IMG/VR virus record: IMGVR_UViG_3300037348_000049
Span: 65,572-129,571 of that record
Strand: one strand, 5' to 3'
From: a virus
DNA length: 64,000 nt
Both the position numbers and the translations under genes were made by a program. Below are positions 50,724 to 59,355 of the stretch, in pieces. How positions within the stretch are numbered: position 1 is the first letter of the stretch; every line of letters starts with the position of its first letter. The notes under the pieces are model-generated. The model did no database searches. It saw only the letters and a program-made list of their open reading frames with translations, and was not told the origin of the DNA.

Positions 50724-50966
50724 ATGACTAACCAGACTTACGAGAGAATAGCCAATGTTTCATCTTGGGCGACAATGCTAAGCGGGCTTATTTTTGTAGG
50801 CACACTTGCATCGATCCTTGACCTAAGCAAGGCGGGTTCCTGGTGGCAGAATGAACAGCTAATGCCGGCACTAGCAGACTTTGGTTTAGCTAGTGGTTGG
50901 GTAATGATAATTGCGGCGGTAACTTGGTTCTTGACTTACCGCCGTTACAACTACGGACAGAAATAA
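50724..50966 (+). CDS. Two-TM cassette protein
   Basis: Hydrophobic segments; TTGACA/TAGACT promoter. Confidence 0.65.
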   Translation: MTNQTYERIANVSSWATMLSGLIFVGTLASILDLSKAGSWWQNEQLMPALADFGLASGWVMIIAAVTWFLTYRRYNYGQK

Positions 50967-50978
50967 AGGAGAGACACA

Positions 50979-51152
50979 ATGATCAGAATGGCATTGGTAA
51001 ATCGAGTAGGCGTTAGCCACACGCTTAGTATGGTTCAAGGCGAGACTACAGTTCCCACTTACTTGCTACAGGAGAGTGAGGAGTTCTTAGACTTGCTACG
51101 AACTGCCGTAGAGCTTGAAGAGCTTACCGATTGGGTGAACGAGAACTTTTAG
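50979..51152 (+). CDS. 57-aa cassette peptide
   Basis: AAAGGAG RBS; manual translation. Confidence 0.6.
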   Translation: MIRMALVNRVGVSHTLSMVQGETTVPTYLLQESEEFLDLLRTAVELEELTDWVNENF

Positions 51153-51327
51153 GTTCGAGAGAAGATGCCCCGCTTTTGCGGGGTATTTTTTTGTCTGGCG
51201 GGAGTTTGAGGTATCCACTTTTTTACGAACTGTGATCATAGAGCGCCATCGAGTTGCTCTAAGCCATAGGAGCTGCTAAGCTAATCGTAGTTAGCCCAAG
51301 GGGGCTGCAAAATCAAAGGGGCAAAAA

Positions 51328-51567
51328 ATGTCAGTAATCGCCAAAAATCCTTTCCACAACTGGATTATGGAAAATCACCCAGATTTTTCAGACTTCATCA
51401 AGTTTGCCGGCAACATCGTCAGACTAAACGCCGAGAGTCGTGGAACTCTTTTCGCCGTAGCAATCCCTGCCTACATCGCGCAGCATAACCTTGACTACGA
51501 CAACGCGCTAGACGCGTTCATCGCTTATGAAGTATTCAAGCGCGAGCTTTGGGCTTCAAGGGCTTAG
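51328..51567 (+). CDS. Hypothetical cassette protein
   Basis: AAAGGGG RBS; own terminator. Confidence 0.7.
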   Translation: MSVIAKNPFHNWIMENHPDFSDFIKFAGNIVRLNAESRGTLFAVAIPAYIAQHNLDYDNALDAFIAYEVFKRELWASRA

Positions 51568-51774
51568 AGATCACACCGCAACCCCTAGGGCTAACGCTCT
51601 AGGGGTTTTCCATTGTCTGGCGTGTCTCACGCGTTGCGCGTGTTGCGGTATCCACTTTTTTACTAATTTCTGACACGCCCCGACATCGAGTTGCGCTAAG
51701 TCCTAATCCGTAGTAAGCTAGAGTTACTAGCCAATCGGTTGGTGTTCAAGTTCCACCAAGTAAAGGGGCAAAAA

Positions 51775-52128
51775 ATGTCAGTAACCACCAAGGCGCAAGC
51801 CACCACCACCAAGACCACCAAGGCGACCAAAGTAGTTGTAGGTCAAGTTCGTGAGTTGGTTGAACTACGCGCCGAAATCACACGCCTTGAGAAACTAAAG
51901 GTTGCGATTACCGCCGAAATCGAAATCGCTTTTGGGGTGAACAAGACTTCAAAGACTTCAGAGTTCGACACGCTTACTCACCAAGGTATCGAGTTCGCTC
52001 GCTACGATTGGAGAAGCCGTAAAGGGATTGATGAAGCCAAGTTGGCGCTAGAGTTTCCCGAAGCTTATGAAGCGTGTTTCAAGGCGGACAAGACCGTATT
52101 CGGGCTAGTCGTGTCGCTGTTCAAGTAA
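51775..52128 (+). CDS. Cassette protein, paralog of 42337-42669
   Basis: H.GIEFAR....ID...L..EFPEAYEA. Confidence 0.75.
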   Translation: MSVTTKAQATTTKTTKATKVVVGQVRELVELRAEITRLEKLKVAITAEIEIAFGVNKTSKTSEFDTLTHQGIEFARYDWRSRKGIDEAKLALEFPEAYEACFKADKTVFGLVVSLFK

Positions 52129-52313
52129 CCAGAATACCGAGAGTGCCTCCCGAGAAATCGGGGGGTATTCTGCTGTCTGGATTTTTGGCGGGGCGGGGGT
52201 GTATCTACTTTTTTACTAGAGTTTTTTGCTGTGGGAAAGAACTTGACAAGTTTGCCGTGACCGTGATAGGATTGACTTATCAAGTCAAAGGGGCTTGAGG
52301 ATAAGGGGCAAAG

Positions 52314-52577
52314 ATGAGTAAGCAAAAGGCATTCGCCAAAGTAGCAGAGTTAGGCGCTGCACTCGTTGATGATGGCGGTGTGTATCAGCTCGAAGCACCC
52401 GCTGGAAAAATCTGCGGTGGTGGTGACACTCACACTAGGGCGTTCAGTTACGAGGACGGCATCAAGGACCCGTGGAGTGGCAGGACGGTGTGGCAGGATG
52501 TTCTTGAGGAACTGAAGGATGGCTTTATAGATTGCCCTTATAGGGCGTCGGGGTGTGACTACTGCGATCCCGAGTAG
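52314..52577 (+). CDS. Hypothetical cassette protein
   Basis: AAGGGG RBS; C-terminal CP....CDYCD. Confidence 0.7.
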   Translation: MSKQKAFAKVAELGAALVDDGGVYQLEAPAGKICGGGDTHTRAFSYEDGIKDPWSGRTVWQDVLEELKDGFIDCPYRASGCDYCDPE

Positions 52578-52709
52578 CCACACACTTGCACGCGAAAGAC
52601 CCCGTCCTAGTGACGGGGTTTTTTATTGCCGATTGACTTGACACACTTATGCGCCATACAGTAAGCTTTAGATAGATAGCCAAGGGGGCTATCGGATAAG
52701 GGGTTCAAG

Positions 52710-52874
52710 ATGACTAAGCCATTCGCCGTAGTGTTCGCAGGAGACTTGGGAGATTTCTTTACTCCAGAGTTTTACGCCACCGAAGCAGCTGCCACTGCAC
52801 GACTAATTGAGTGCCGTAACACTCTCAAAGACCCTAGCCAAGTCAAAGTGATGTTGCTAGTCGAGCTTGACTAG
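52710..52874 (+). CDS. 54-aa cassette peptide
   Basis: Own promoter, RBS and terminator; manual translation. Confidence 0.6.
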   Translation: MTKPFAVVFAGDLGDFFTPEFYATEAAATARLIECRNTLKDPSQVKVMLLVELD

Positions 52875-52950
52875 TCACACCAGTTCACCACGCGACCCCT
52901 ACTTTCGAGTGGGGGTTTTCGCGTTACCAAGTTGTTATCAAAAACTTCCT

Positions 52951-53383
52951 GGATTGACTTGACACGCGTGCCGTTATCCTGATAAGTTGAACTTAGTTAG
53001 CCCAAGGGGGGCTGCTAGAAGGGGTTCAAAATGACTTACTACATTCTCAGGAACACCACCACCACTGGTGAACTTGCTTACGCGCATAAAGGCGCTTACC
53101 TAACCCGCAGTGGCGCGCAGACTGCTGCCGACGGGATAAACCCCTACGGGCATCCTTTTACTTTTGCGGTTTATTCTGCCGAAGAACTCAACACCGAGTT
53201 TCTAGCTAAAGGCATAAGGGTTAGCGACTAACCACGCCACACCGCAACCCCTTAGCCATCACGGCTAGGGGGTTTTCCATTGCCCAAAAGTTTTTTATGG
53301 ATTGACTTGACACGCGTGTCGTTATCCTGATAAGCTGAACTTAGTTAGCCCAAGGGGGGCTGCTAGAAGGGGTTCGAAATGAC
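52951..53383 (+). repeat. 85-bp promoter-leader duplication (52951-53035 and 53299-53383)
   Basis: 82 of 85 positions identical by eye, from GGATTGACTTGACAC to ATGAC. Confidence 0.9.
53031..53231 (+). CDS. Hypothetical cassette protein
   Basis: Between the two 85-bp repeats. Confidence 0.7.
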   Translation: MTYYILRNTTTTGELAYAHKGAYLTRSGAQTAADGINPYGHPFTFAVYSAEELNTEFLAKGIRVSD

Positions 53384-53630
53384 AACATTCATTCTTGACC
53401 AGAGTAACACTGGTGGAGTATTCCTTGACGGGATGCCACGCATTGCGGTGCTTATCGCTGCTACCGAAGACGATGCTTATGCTCAAGCGCGTGAGCTAGG
53501 CGTAGACTTCATGGATTTCTGCGAGTGCTGCGGCACTAGGTGGAACATTGCCGCTTATGATCCAAAGTTTCACGGCGACTTGGATGAGCTGCTAGCGTCA
53601 CGCCGTGACTCCGATTCATTCAAGTGGTAA
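53379..53630 (+). CDS. Conserved phage hypothetical protein
   Basis: QSNTGG.F, A...A...GVDF..FCECCG.RW. Confidence 0.7.
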   Translation: MTTFILDQSNTGGVFLDGMPRIAVLIAATEDDAYAQARELGVDFMDFCECCGTRWNIAAYDPKFHGDLDELLASRRDSDSFKW

Positions 53631-53791
53631 CTAGCCACACTGCTTCAACCCCTAGGGCTAACGCTCTAGGGGTTTTCCATTGTCTGGCGTGTCTGGCGTG
53701 CCTAGCAAGAGCGTCAGAGCGCGTCAATGGCGCTGCCTAGGCAATCACACTAGGGCAATAGGCTAAGCCGTTAGATTCGATCCTGGAGTGT

Positions 53792-53821
53792 CTGGCGCAC
53801 TGGCGCACTGGCGCACTGGCG
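53792..53821 (+). repeat. Tandem octamer (CTGGCGCA)x3.75
   Basis: Directly 5' of the last 16-bp motif. Confidence 0.85.
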
Positions 53822-53932
53822 GGTATCCACTTTTTTACTAAGGTATTTACTACGGGTAGCAGCTTGACAAACTCTAATACCGTGATAGTCTTATTCCATA
53901 AGTAGATAGCTTATAAAAAACAAAGGGATAAA

Positions 53933-54145
53933 ATGAATGAATCATTAGTAGTAGCAGTAGTAGCATCTTCGGGATTAGAAAATCTTTATTATTTTGCACC
54001 GCAGGCAGGCAGACTAGAGCAACTGAAAGAGTTCTATGCCGAACTACTTGCAACTGGTCAGATCCTGGGCTATGAAATTAGTGACCTAAATCACGAGACT
54101 TTGAGTATTGCGGGAGAGACGCATAACCCCGTACACCGTCGCTAA
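53933..54145 (+). CDS. Hypothetical protein, last cassette
   Basis: TTGACA promoter, AAAGGG RBS, terminator near 54155-54190. Confidence 0.65.
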   Translation: MNESLVVAVVASSGLENLYYFAPQAGRLEQLKEFYAELLATGQILGYEISDLNHETLSIAGETHNPVHRR

Positions 54146-54931
54146 TCACTAACCGCAACCCCCTAGCCCCCAAAAGGTTAGGGGGTTTTCCATTGCCGTA
54201 GCCCTAGCCACTAGCAGTTAGTGACCATAGCCAGGTGCGACTTGTTGTGCCGAACACGGCTAATGTAGCGCCCCAATTGTTAGTAGCTACTTTAGGTTGA
54301 TAGATAGTTATCATCAACCATCAATAAGCCACACCCCCCTAGTGATTAGTTCCTCAGACTACCTGCCGCATCTTGTGGCAATTGCTTATGGAGTTTATTA
54401 GAGGATCTAGATAACTCGTCAAGATGCCGATAAGCACTTTTAGGGTGTCTACAGGATCGCTACTCTCACCTAATGAATCTTCTATGGACGCGCCCTAGTA
54501 AAAATCCTTGAGTGACCTTGAGAGTTTGATCCCTAGTTACTAGTCAATAGTTAGAAACTATAACTACTTGGCACTAGTGACAACTACTAGACAACACTCT
54601 CAGTTGGAGCATCATCACTACATAAATCATCTTTTATTCTTTGACGTTTTTTGCATAAATTGCAGCACTTGCTTATTACCCCTTGTCGTTATGTAAAGCT
54701 GGCAGACCCCTATGTTTTTAGGAAACGCTTGAAACGCACCCGTAGGTATACCGCTTCCGTCTCACCCGTCAAAATCAGTTCATGGCCAGTGTAGCATACC
54801 CCCCTCTAATTCCAAAACCTCGTATCGTAAACGCCCTTATTCCAATAAAAAATCCAAAAAATTTTCCAAAAAAATACGTCCAAACCTAGCCCTGTCTACT
54901 AAACTGGACATTCATCCGGTAAAATGGATGG

Positions 54932-55435
54932 ATGTCTAGAAGAACCGCACGTGGTCAGCAGCTCCCCCCTCAAGAGGTAGAGTTCCTAAATTCTCTTGGT
55001 AAAATAGATCAAGTTAAGCGCGTCCATGATTTATATCACGCAGGTTGGTCTCTAGATTCCATCGGATCCGCAATGCTGCCCAAGCGACCTAGGACAACGG
55101 TGCGCAGCTGGGTTATTCGCGAGGAAAACAATCCGCAACCGGAAACAGACGCCCCTATCCCGACCCCTGTTTACAGAACCGAGGAAGGTAGTTACGGGAA
55201 GCCAGCATTTGAGTCACCAGGCATACCTCAAGAATCTCTCTACGCAATCCAGGAGCTAGCGCCACTAGCACGTGGGTACAGATCACGGATGGCAACAACA
55301 TCTGCCGCGGCCGTGGCTAATGACCGACTCTCTGGGGTGTGTATCACTCTCTATCAAAAAGGAGTGCCCATAAGGGAGCTCGCTGAGGCGGCGGGAGTTA
55401 CTTACAGAGCTATGTACAAGAGGGTGAAATTATAG
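54932..55435 (+). CDS. Double-HTH DNA-binding protein (paralog of 56887-57486)
   Basis: GWSLDSIG...RTTVRSW; GVPIRELAEAAGVTYRAMYKR. Confidence 0.7.
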   Translation: MSRRTARGQQLPPQEVEFLNSLGKIDQVKRVHDLYHAGWSLDSIGSAMLPKRPRTTVRSWVIREENNPQPETDAPIPTPVYRTEEGSYGKPAFESPGIPQESLYAIQELAPLARGYRSRMATTSAAAVANDRLSGVCITLYQKGVPIRELAEAAGVTYRAMYKRVKL

Positions 55436-55529
55436 ATTTTTAAACCTACAACTTGACAACTTAATAAACGCCCCTATATAGTGGGCAATACGACTGAGTA
55501 CTAACGCAAGGAAAGGTAGGTCGTGAACT

Positions 55530-56189
55530 ATGAATAAAATTTCAGAAGCACTAATATTTTTAGCAGCAATAAGCATGACAGGCTCCACCGCTGGAGCAGT
55601 AGCAGAAGAGATTAAAACCGTTGAGGCCGTCAAGATTATCTATCAGACGGCATCTGTAACCGAAGACATCTCGTCACTAATGGAACAAGCCGATGAGTTC
55701 GCCAACCTAAACGGTAAAATTGGTGAGCTAGAGGGCAAGATAGAAGCTAAACAGAGTTATATCTACATAGTGAAGAAGCAGAAAGAGATCGCACTTGAGG
55801 CTCAAGAGCAGCTCTACGTTGATATAGACATAGCTCTTGCAGACCTAGCTAAATACGTTGGCGTGACTCCTTACGTTCTCGGGGCGTCTACTACTTCCGC
55901 CTGGGATTGTTCCGGTCTCACACTTTGGTTTTACGAGACCTACCGAGGAATCACCCTCCCACACTCCGCTACCTCTCAACAAAATGAAGGCACAGTTGTA
56001 GACGCGCCTATTCCAGGAGACATAGTGGCGTTTACCAATATTGGCTTCGAGAACGCGTATCACGTTGGAATCTACCTCGGTGGCGGTCTAATGATCCACG
56101 CTCTCAACCCAGATAAAGACACCCTGATTCAGAACGTAACTCAGTTTGTAGACTCCGAGAATAGCAAGGTTGCATATATCCGTTATTAG
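55530..56189 (+). CDS. Secreted NlpC/P60 peptidoglycan endopeptidase
   Basis: Signal peptide, coiled coil, PYVLG....WDCSG, PGDIVAF, HVGIYLG...IHA. Confidence 0.9.
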   Translation: MNKISEALIFLAAISMTGSTAGAVAEEIKTVEAVKIIYQTASVTEDISSLMEQADEFANLNGKIGELEGKIEAKQSYIYIVKKQKEIALEAQEQLYVDIDIALADLAKYVGVTPYVLGASTTSAWDCSGLTLWFYETYRGITLPHSATSQQNEGTVVDAPIPGDIVAFTNIGFENAYHVGIYLGGGLMIHALNPDKDTLIQNVTQFVDSENSKVAYIRY

Positions 56190-56204
56190 TGTTATGATAT
56201 TTCG

Positions 56205-56408
56205 ATGGAGACAGACATGAACATAGATACAATAGTTTCATGGGCAGCGTTTATAGCAATAATTTTTGGTATCTACGTTGTTCCTAAGTACTACACGATC
56301 CACAAGGTACGAAAACAAAAAATAAAAAATAAGACCAAGCGAAAGCTACCTCCTCCTGCACCACTCCTAGGAGTTATCTACCCCGCTAAACGACGAAAAG
56401 AGAAATAA
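56205..56408 (+). CDS. Single-TM basic protein
   Basis: TM helix, Lys-rich tail; TATGAT -10 six nt upstream. Confidence 0.6.
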   Translation: METDMNIDTIVSWAAFIAIIFGIYVVPKYYTIHKVRKQKIKNKTKRKLPPPAPLLGVIYPAKRRKEK

Positions 56409-56414
56409 CATACT

Positions 56415-56585
56415 ATGAAACTAATTAGACTCCTACGTTCCATCGAGTGGGCAGCAGTGTTTGCGGTCTTACTGTTGGTAGCGGCAATTATTAATGCCTA
56501 TATCACTAAAGATGTATCAACTACTATTGCACTCTCTGCATCTGCGCTCACACTAGCCTTTCTTGCCTCTCAGGCAAGTAGTTGA
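56415..56585 (+). CDS. 56-aa two-TM protein
   Basis: Manual translation; fills gap between neighbours. Confidence 0.55.
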   Translation: MKLIRLLRSIEWAAVFAVLLLVAAIINAYITKDVSTTIALSASALTLAFLASQASS

Positions 56586-56587
56586 AA

Positions 56588-56890
56588 ATGGGGTCAATGA
56601 CTCCTATTGCAAAGACTATAAGAGCGTCTAGTCCTCAGCATTTTCTTGACTTGCTACCCTATAGCGGTGTCTTCGAGATAGATGACTGCGTGATAGAAAT
56701 TGCGCACCCAGATTCTGCAACAACAGATGACATTGACAAAATAGTTAGGACCATGGAGTCTATGATTCACGTTGTAGATGTTAGAGTTTCCAGTACCCCC
56801 GCTCAACTTGAAGACGATTACTTCACCGTGATAGTTACTCAAGTTCTCCCAGACAGCCCGGCTTACATCAAGCAGAGAAAAAAGAAATGA
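56588..56890 (+). CDS. Hypothetical protein
   Basis: Coupled to next gene. Confidence 0.6.
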   Translation: MGSMTPIAKTIRASSPQHFLDLLPYSGVFEIDDCVIEIAHPDSATTDDIDKIVRTMESMIHVVDVRVSSTPAQLEDDYFTVIVTQVLPDSPAYIKQRKKK

Positions 56891-57486
56891 CAATAATTAT
56901 GATAGAAGCACCTAAGTACCAGAAGAAGAATCAGCAGCTCCCTAAAGAGGTGCACGAATTCTTTTCAACTCCTGGATTAACCCTTTCAAGTAGAGACGGC
57001 ATAATCCGATCCCTAGCCGACGCTGACTGGACATTCGAAGCAATAGCCGGGGCAAGTGGTATTACTAGGGAGAGGGTTCGACAGATATCCAAAACCCAGC
57101 ACATGATGTGGCCAGCTGACCCCAAACTCTCGGAACACTCACTTGACATTCCAGAGCCACCGATAAAATTCGAAAAGCCAAAGCGCGAATACATCGAGCC
57201 ATCGCCTAAGACCTTGCAACGTTTGCTAGAACTTCAGCCATACGCTCAGCAGGTTCGATCGAACGGAACTAAGTATCGCGAAGAGGCAGAAGAATATACT
57301 GCTCTTCTAAATCACGCACACACTGTAGAGGAAGTTACTCTCTATCGTTTGGCTAAGCGTCTAGGAATTACTCACGGAGCTATTCGATTCCGCTTGGTTC
57401 GTTACGGATACAAGAAGGCAATCACTGCAACATCAAAGGTGTACATGCCCATCATTCGCGACAATCGTGCGCTAGACGGTAAGTAA
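56887..57486 (+). CDS. Double-HTH DNA-binding protein (sigma region-4-like HTH)
   Basis: WTFEAIAGASGITRERVRQI; VTLYRLAKRLGITHGAIRFRL. Confidence 0.75.
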   Translation: MTIIMIEAPKYQKKNQQLPKEVHEFFSTPGLTLSSRDGIIRSLADADWTFEAIAGASGITRERVRQISKTQHMMWPADPKLSEHSLDIPEPPIKFEKPKREYIEPSPKTLQRLLELQPYAQQVRSNGTKYREEAEEYTALLNHAHTVEEVTLYRLAKRLGITHGAIRFRLVRYGYKKAITATSKVYMPIIRDNRALDGK

Positions 57487-57570
57487 CAACTAACAGTTTG
57501 TAAAAGAAAACCCCTTGTAGAGATACAGGGGGTTTTTGTTTATTTTTCTATGCGCTAGACTGGAGACCTT

Positions 57571-58992
57571 ATGGCTAAAAGTATTATGGAACTTATTGCA
57601 ATGCTCCCTCCAGAGGAGCAGGCTGCTGCACTCGAGGGGATTGATCCAGACGCTCTACTTTGGGACTGGAAAGTTTGGGCGCGCCCCGAGCAACTTCCTC
57701 CTACTGACGACTGGAATGTTTGGTTGGTTCTTGCCGGGCGTGGATTTGGAAAAACCAGAATGGCCTCCGAGTGGGTTCGCGAGACGGCAAAGTACACAAC
57801 TGAAGGTCAACGTCGGTTTGCACTTGTTGCTCGTACTGCTGCTGACGTTCGAGACGTAATCGTCGAGGGAGAATCCGGAATCATAAACATCTCCCCTCCT
57901 TCAGAGAAGCCACACTACGAGCCGTCTAAAAGGCGCCTAACTTGGCCGAACGGTAACACCGCTACATTGTTTACGGCAGATGAACCTGATGGATTGCGTG
58001 GACCACAATTTAGTCACGCATGGGGCGACGAAGTTGCCGCTTGGCGGCAGACCCCAGACGCTGCGGGCATGACTGCTTTTGACAACTTACGAGTCGGTAC
58101 TCGTCTTGGTAAGAATCCTCAGATCTTGGCCACCACCACTCCGAAGCGCACTCCGCTTCTCTACAAACTTATTGAAGAATCTCGCACAGACAAGGCGACT
58201 GCCGCAAAGGTTGTTGTCACAAAAGGTTCCACAATGGACAATGCTGGAAATCTCTCCGGCGCATATCTTGAGACTATTATGGGCGTTTACGAAGGCACGT
58301 CTCTAGCTCGACAAGAGCTCTATGGAGAGATGCTTGACGACCTAGAAGGAGCGATGTGGAATGAAGAACTGGTTGAAGCAGCTAGACATACTGATTACCC
58401 TGCGTCTACTCCGTTACGTGTTATCGGCGTCGACCCTTCAGTTGCTGAGAATCCCCGCGACGAGTGCGGTATTGTTGTCTGCGCATCGACTGCAGAACAC
58501 GACCTCTATAAGCGCAATGCTTGGGTTCTTGAGGACGCTTCAATTCATGGTTCCCCGGACACCTGGGCCCGTAAAGTTGTTGAAATGGCTCGCAAGTGGG
58601 GTTGTCCCGTTGTTGCCGAAGTTAATCAAGGTGGCGCGCTCGTACGAAATGCCATCAACTCTATTGACCCCAGCGTCACAGTCCTTGAGGTCCACTCAAA
58701 GTACGGAAAACAGCTAAGAGCAGAGCCAATTCTTCTTGCATACGAGCAAGGACGAGTTCACCACGTGAACTACCTCCCAGAACTAGAATCTCAGATGTAC
58801 TCTTGGATCCCAGGAGAGGGTAAATCCCCTGACCGCATCGATGCAATGGTTCACGCTATGACTGCTCTACTAATTAAACCACCACCGGGCTTTTCTGGTG
58901 GTAAATTACGTGCAAAAAGCCTAGCAGATCGCAAAATGGGCGTAACTAGGCCTAATACTGGTCAAGTTGGCCGCGTTTTTAGAGCTAGATAG
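57571..58992 (+). CDS. terL: Terminase large subunit
   Basis: AGRGFGKT Walker A, LRGPQF..AWGDE Walker B, GVDP and SPDRIDA nuclease motifs. Confidence 0.95.
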   Translation: MAKSIMELIAMLPPEEQAAALEGIDPDALLWDWKVWARPEQLPPTDDWNVWLVLAGRGFGKTRMASEWVRETAKYTTEGQRRFALVARTAADVRDVIVEGESGIINISPPSEKPHYEPSKRRLTWPNGNTATLFTADEPDGLRGPQFSHAWGDEVAAWRQTPDAAGMTAFDNLRVGTRLGKNPQILATTTPKRTPLLYKLIEESRTDKATAAKVVVTKGSTMDNAGNLSGAYLETIMGVYEGTSLARQELYGEMLDDLEGAMWNEELVEAARHTDYPASTPLRVIGVDPSVAENPRDECGIVVCASTAEHDLYKRNAWVLEDASIHGSPDTWARKVVEMARKWGCPVVAEVNQGGALVRNAINSIDPSVTVLEVHSKYGKQLRAEPILLAYEQGRVHHVNYLPELESQMYSWIPGEGKSPDRIDAMVHAMTALLIKPPPGFSGGKLRAKSLADRKMGVTRPNTGQVGRVFRAR

Positions 58993-58994
58993 TC

Positions 58995-59354
58995 ATGAAA
59001 ATTATTTTAGACAAGTTCCCATGCCACTTGTCTGCAGTAGCAGTAGATAGGTTAGAGGATATTTCTCAGCTAAATAGCTATCAACCTACTCATGGTGCTA
59101 ACTATATGAGCAAAACTAGAGTAATATTAACTGAAACCGAAATAGTAGTAGCAAAAGATGACCATGACGGACCTGTTGTAGTGTTTCAAGAGAAGTACGC
59201 CCAAGTATTCCTGTCACAAAAGACCGACGAGGACACAAGGGTTATAACTATTAGCGGTAAGATGCTAGCATTTAAGAAAGATACCGCCTGCGGATGTGGT
59301 TCTCGCCTTCGTGGTTGGAATCCGTATAGGACTTTAAGCTCAATTAAGGATTAA
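58995..59354 (+). CDS. Hypothetical protein
   Basis: CGCGSRL C-terminal motif; between terL and portal. Confidence 0.65.
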   Translation: MKIILDKFPCHLSAVAVDRLEDISQLNSYQPTHGANYMSKTRVILTETEIVVAKDDHDGPVVVFQEKYAQVFLSQKTDEDTRVITISGKMLAFKKDTACGCGSRLRGWNPYRTLSSIKD

Positions 59355-59355
59355 T

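Larger units (their letters stand above)
49658..53313 (+). promoter_or_regulatory. Second promoter family GATTGACTTGACAC (5 copies)
   Basis: Starts 49658, 50055, 52631, 52952, 53300; TTGACA with a TAA(C/T/G)(C/T)T -10 about 17 nt downstream. Confidence 0.9.
51580..53694 (+). repeat. Identical 48-bp terminator duplication (51580-51627 and 53647-53694; shorter relative at 49607)
   Basis: AACCCCTAGGGCTAACGCTCTAGGGGTTTTCCATTGTCTGGCGTGTCT. Confidence 0.9.
36901..53838 (+). repeat. Dispersed 16-bp direct repeat GTATCYACTTTTTTAC, 18 co-oriented intergenic copies
   Basis: Starts: 36901, 38123, 42208, 42718, 43734, 44094, 44905, 45437, 45933, 46802*, 47665, 48399*, 48927, 50324, 51211, 51648, 52201*, 53823 (* = GTATCTAC variant). 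Confidence 0.97.

Noticed and set aside
36901-53838. CRISPR array interpretation of the 16-bp repeats
   Set aside because: Spacing is irregular (about 360 to 4100 bp), the intervals contain ORFs with promoters and terminators, the repeat is too short, and no cas genes are seen.
36901-54190. Classical integron with attC cassettes
   Set aside because: No tyrosine integrase in the window, no attC-like imperfect palindromes with GTTRRRY ends, and cassettes carry their own promoters.
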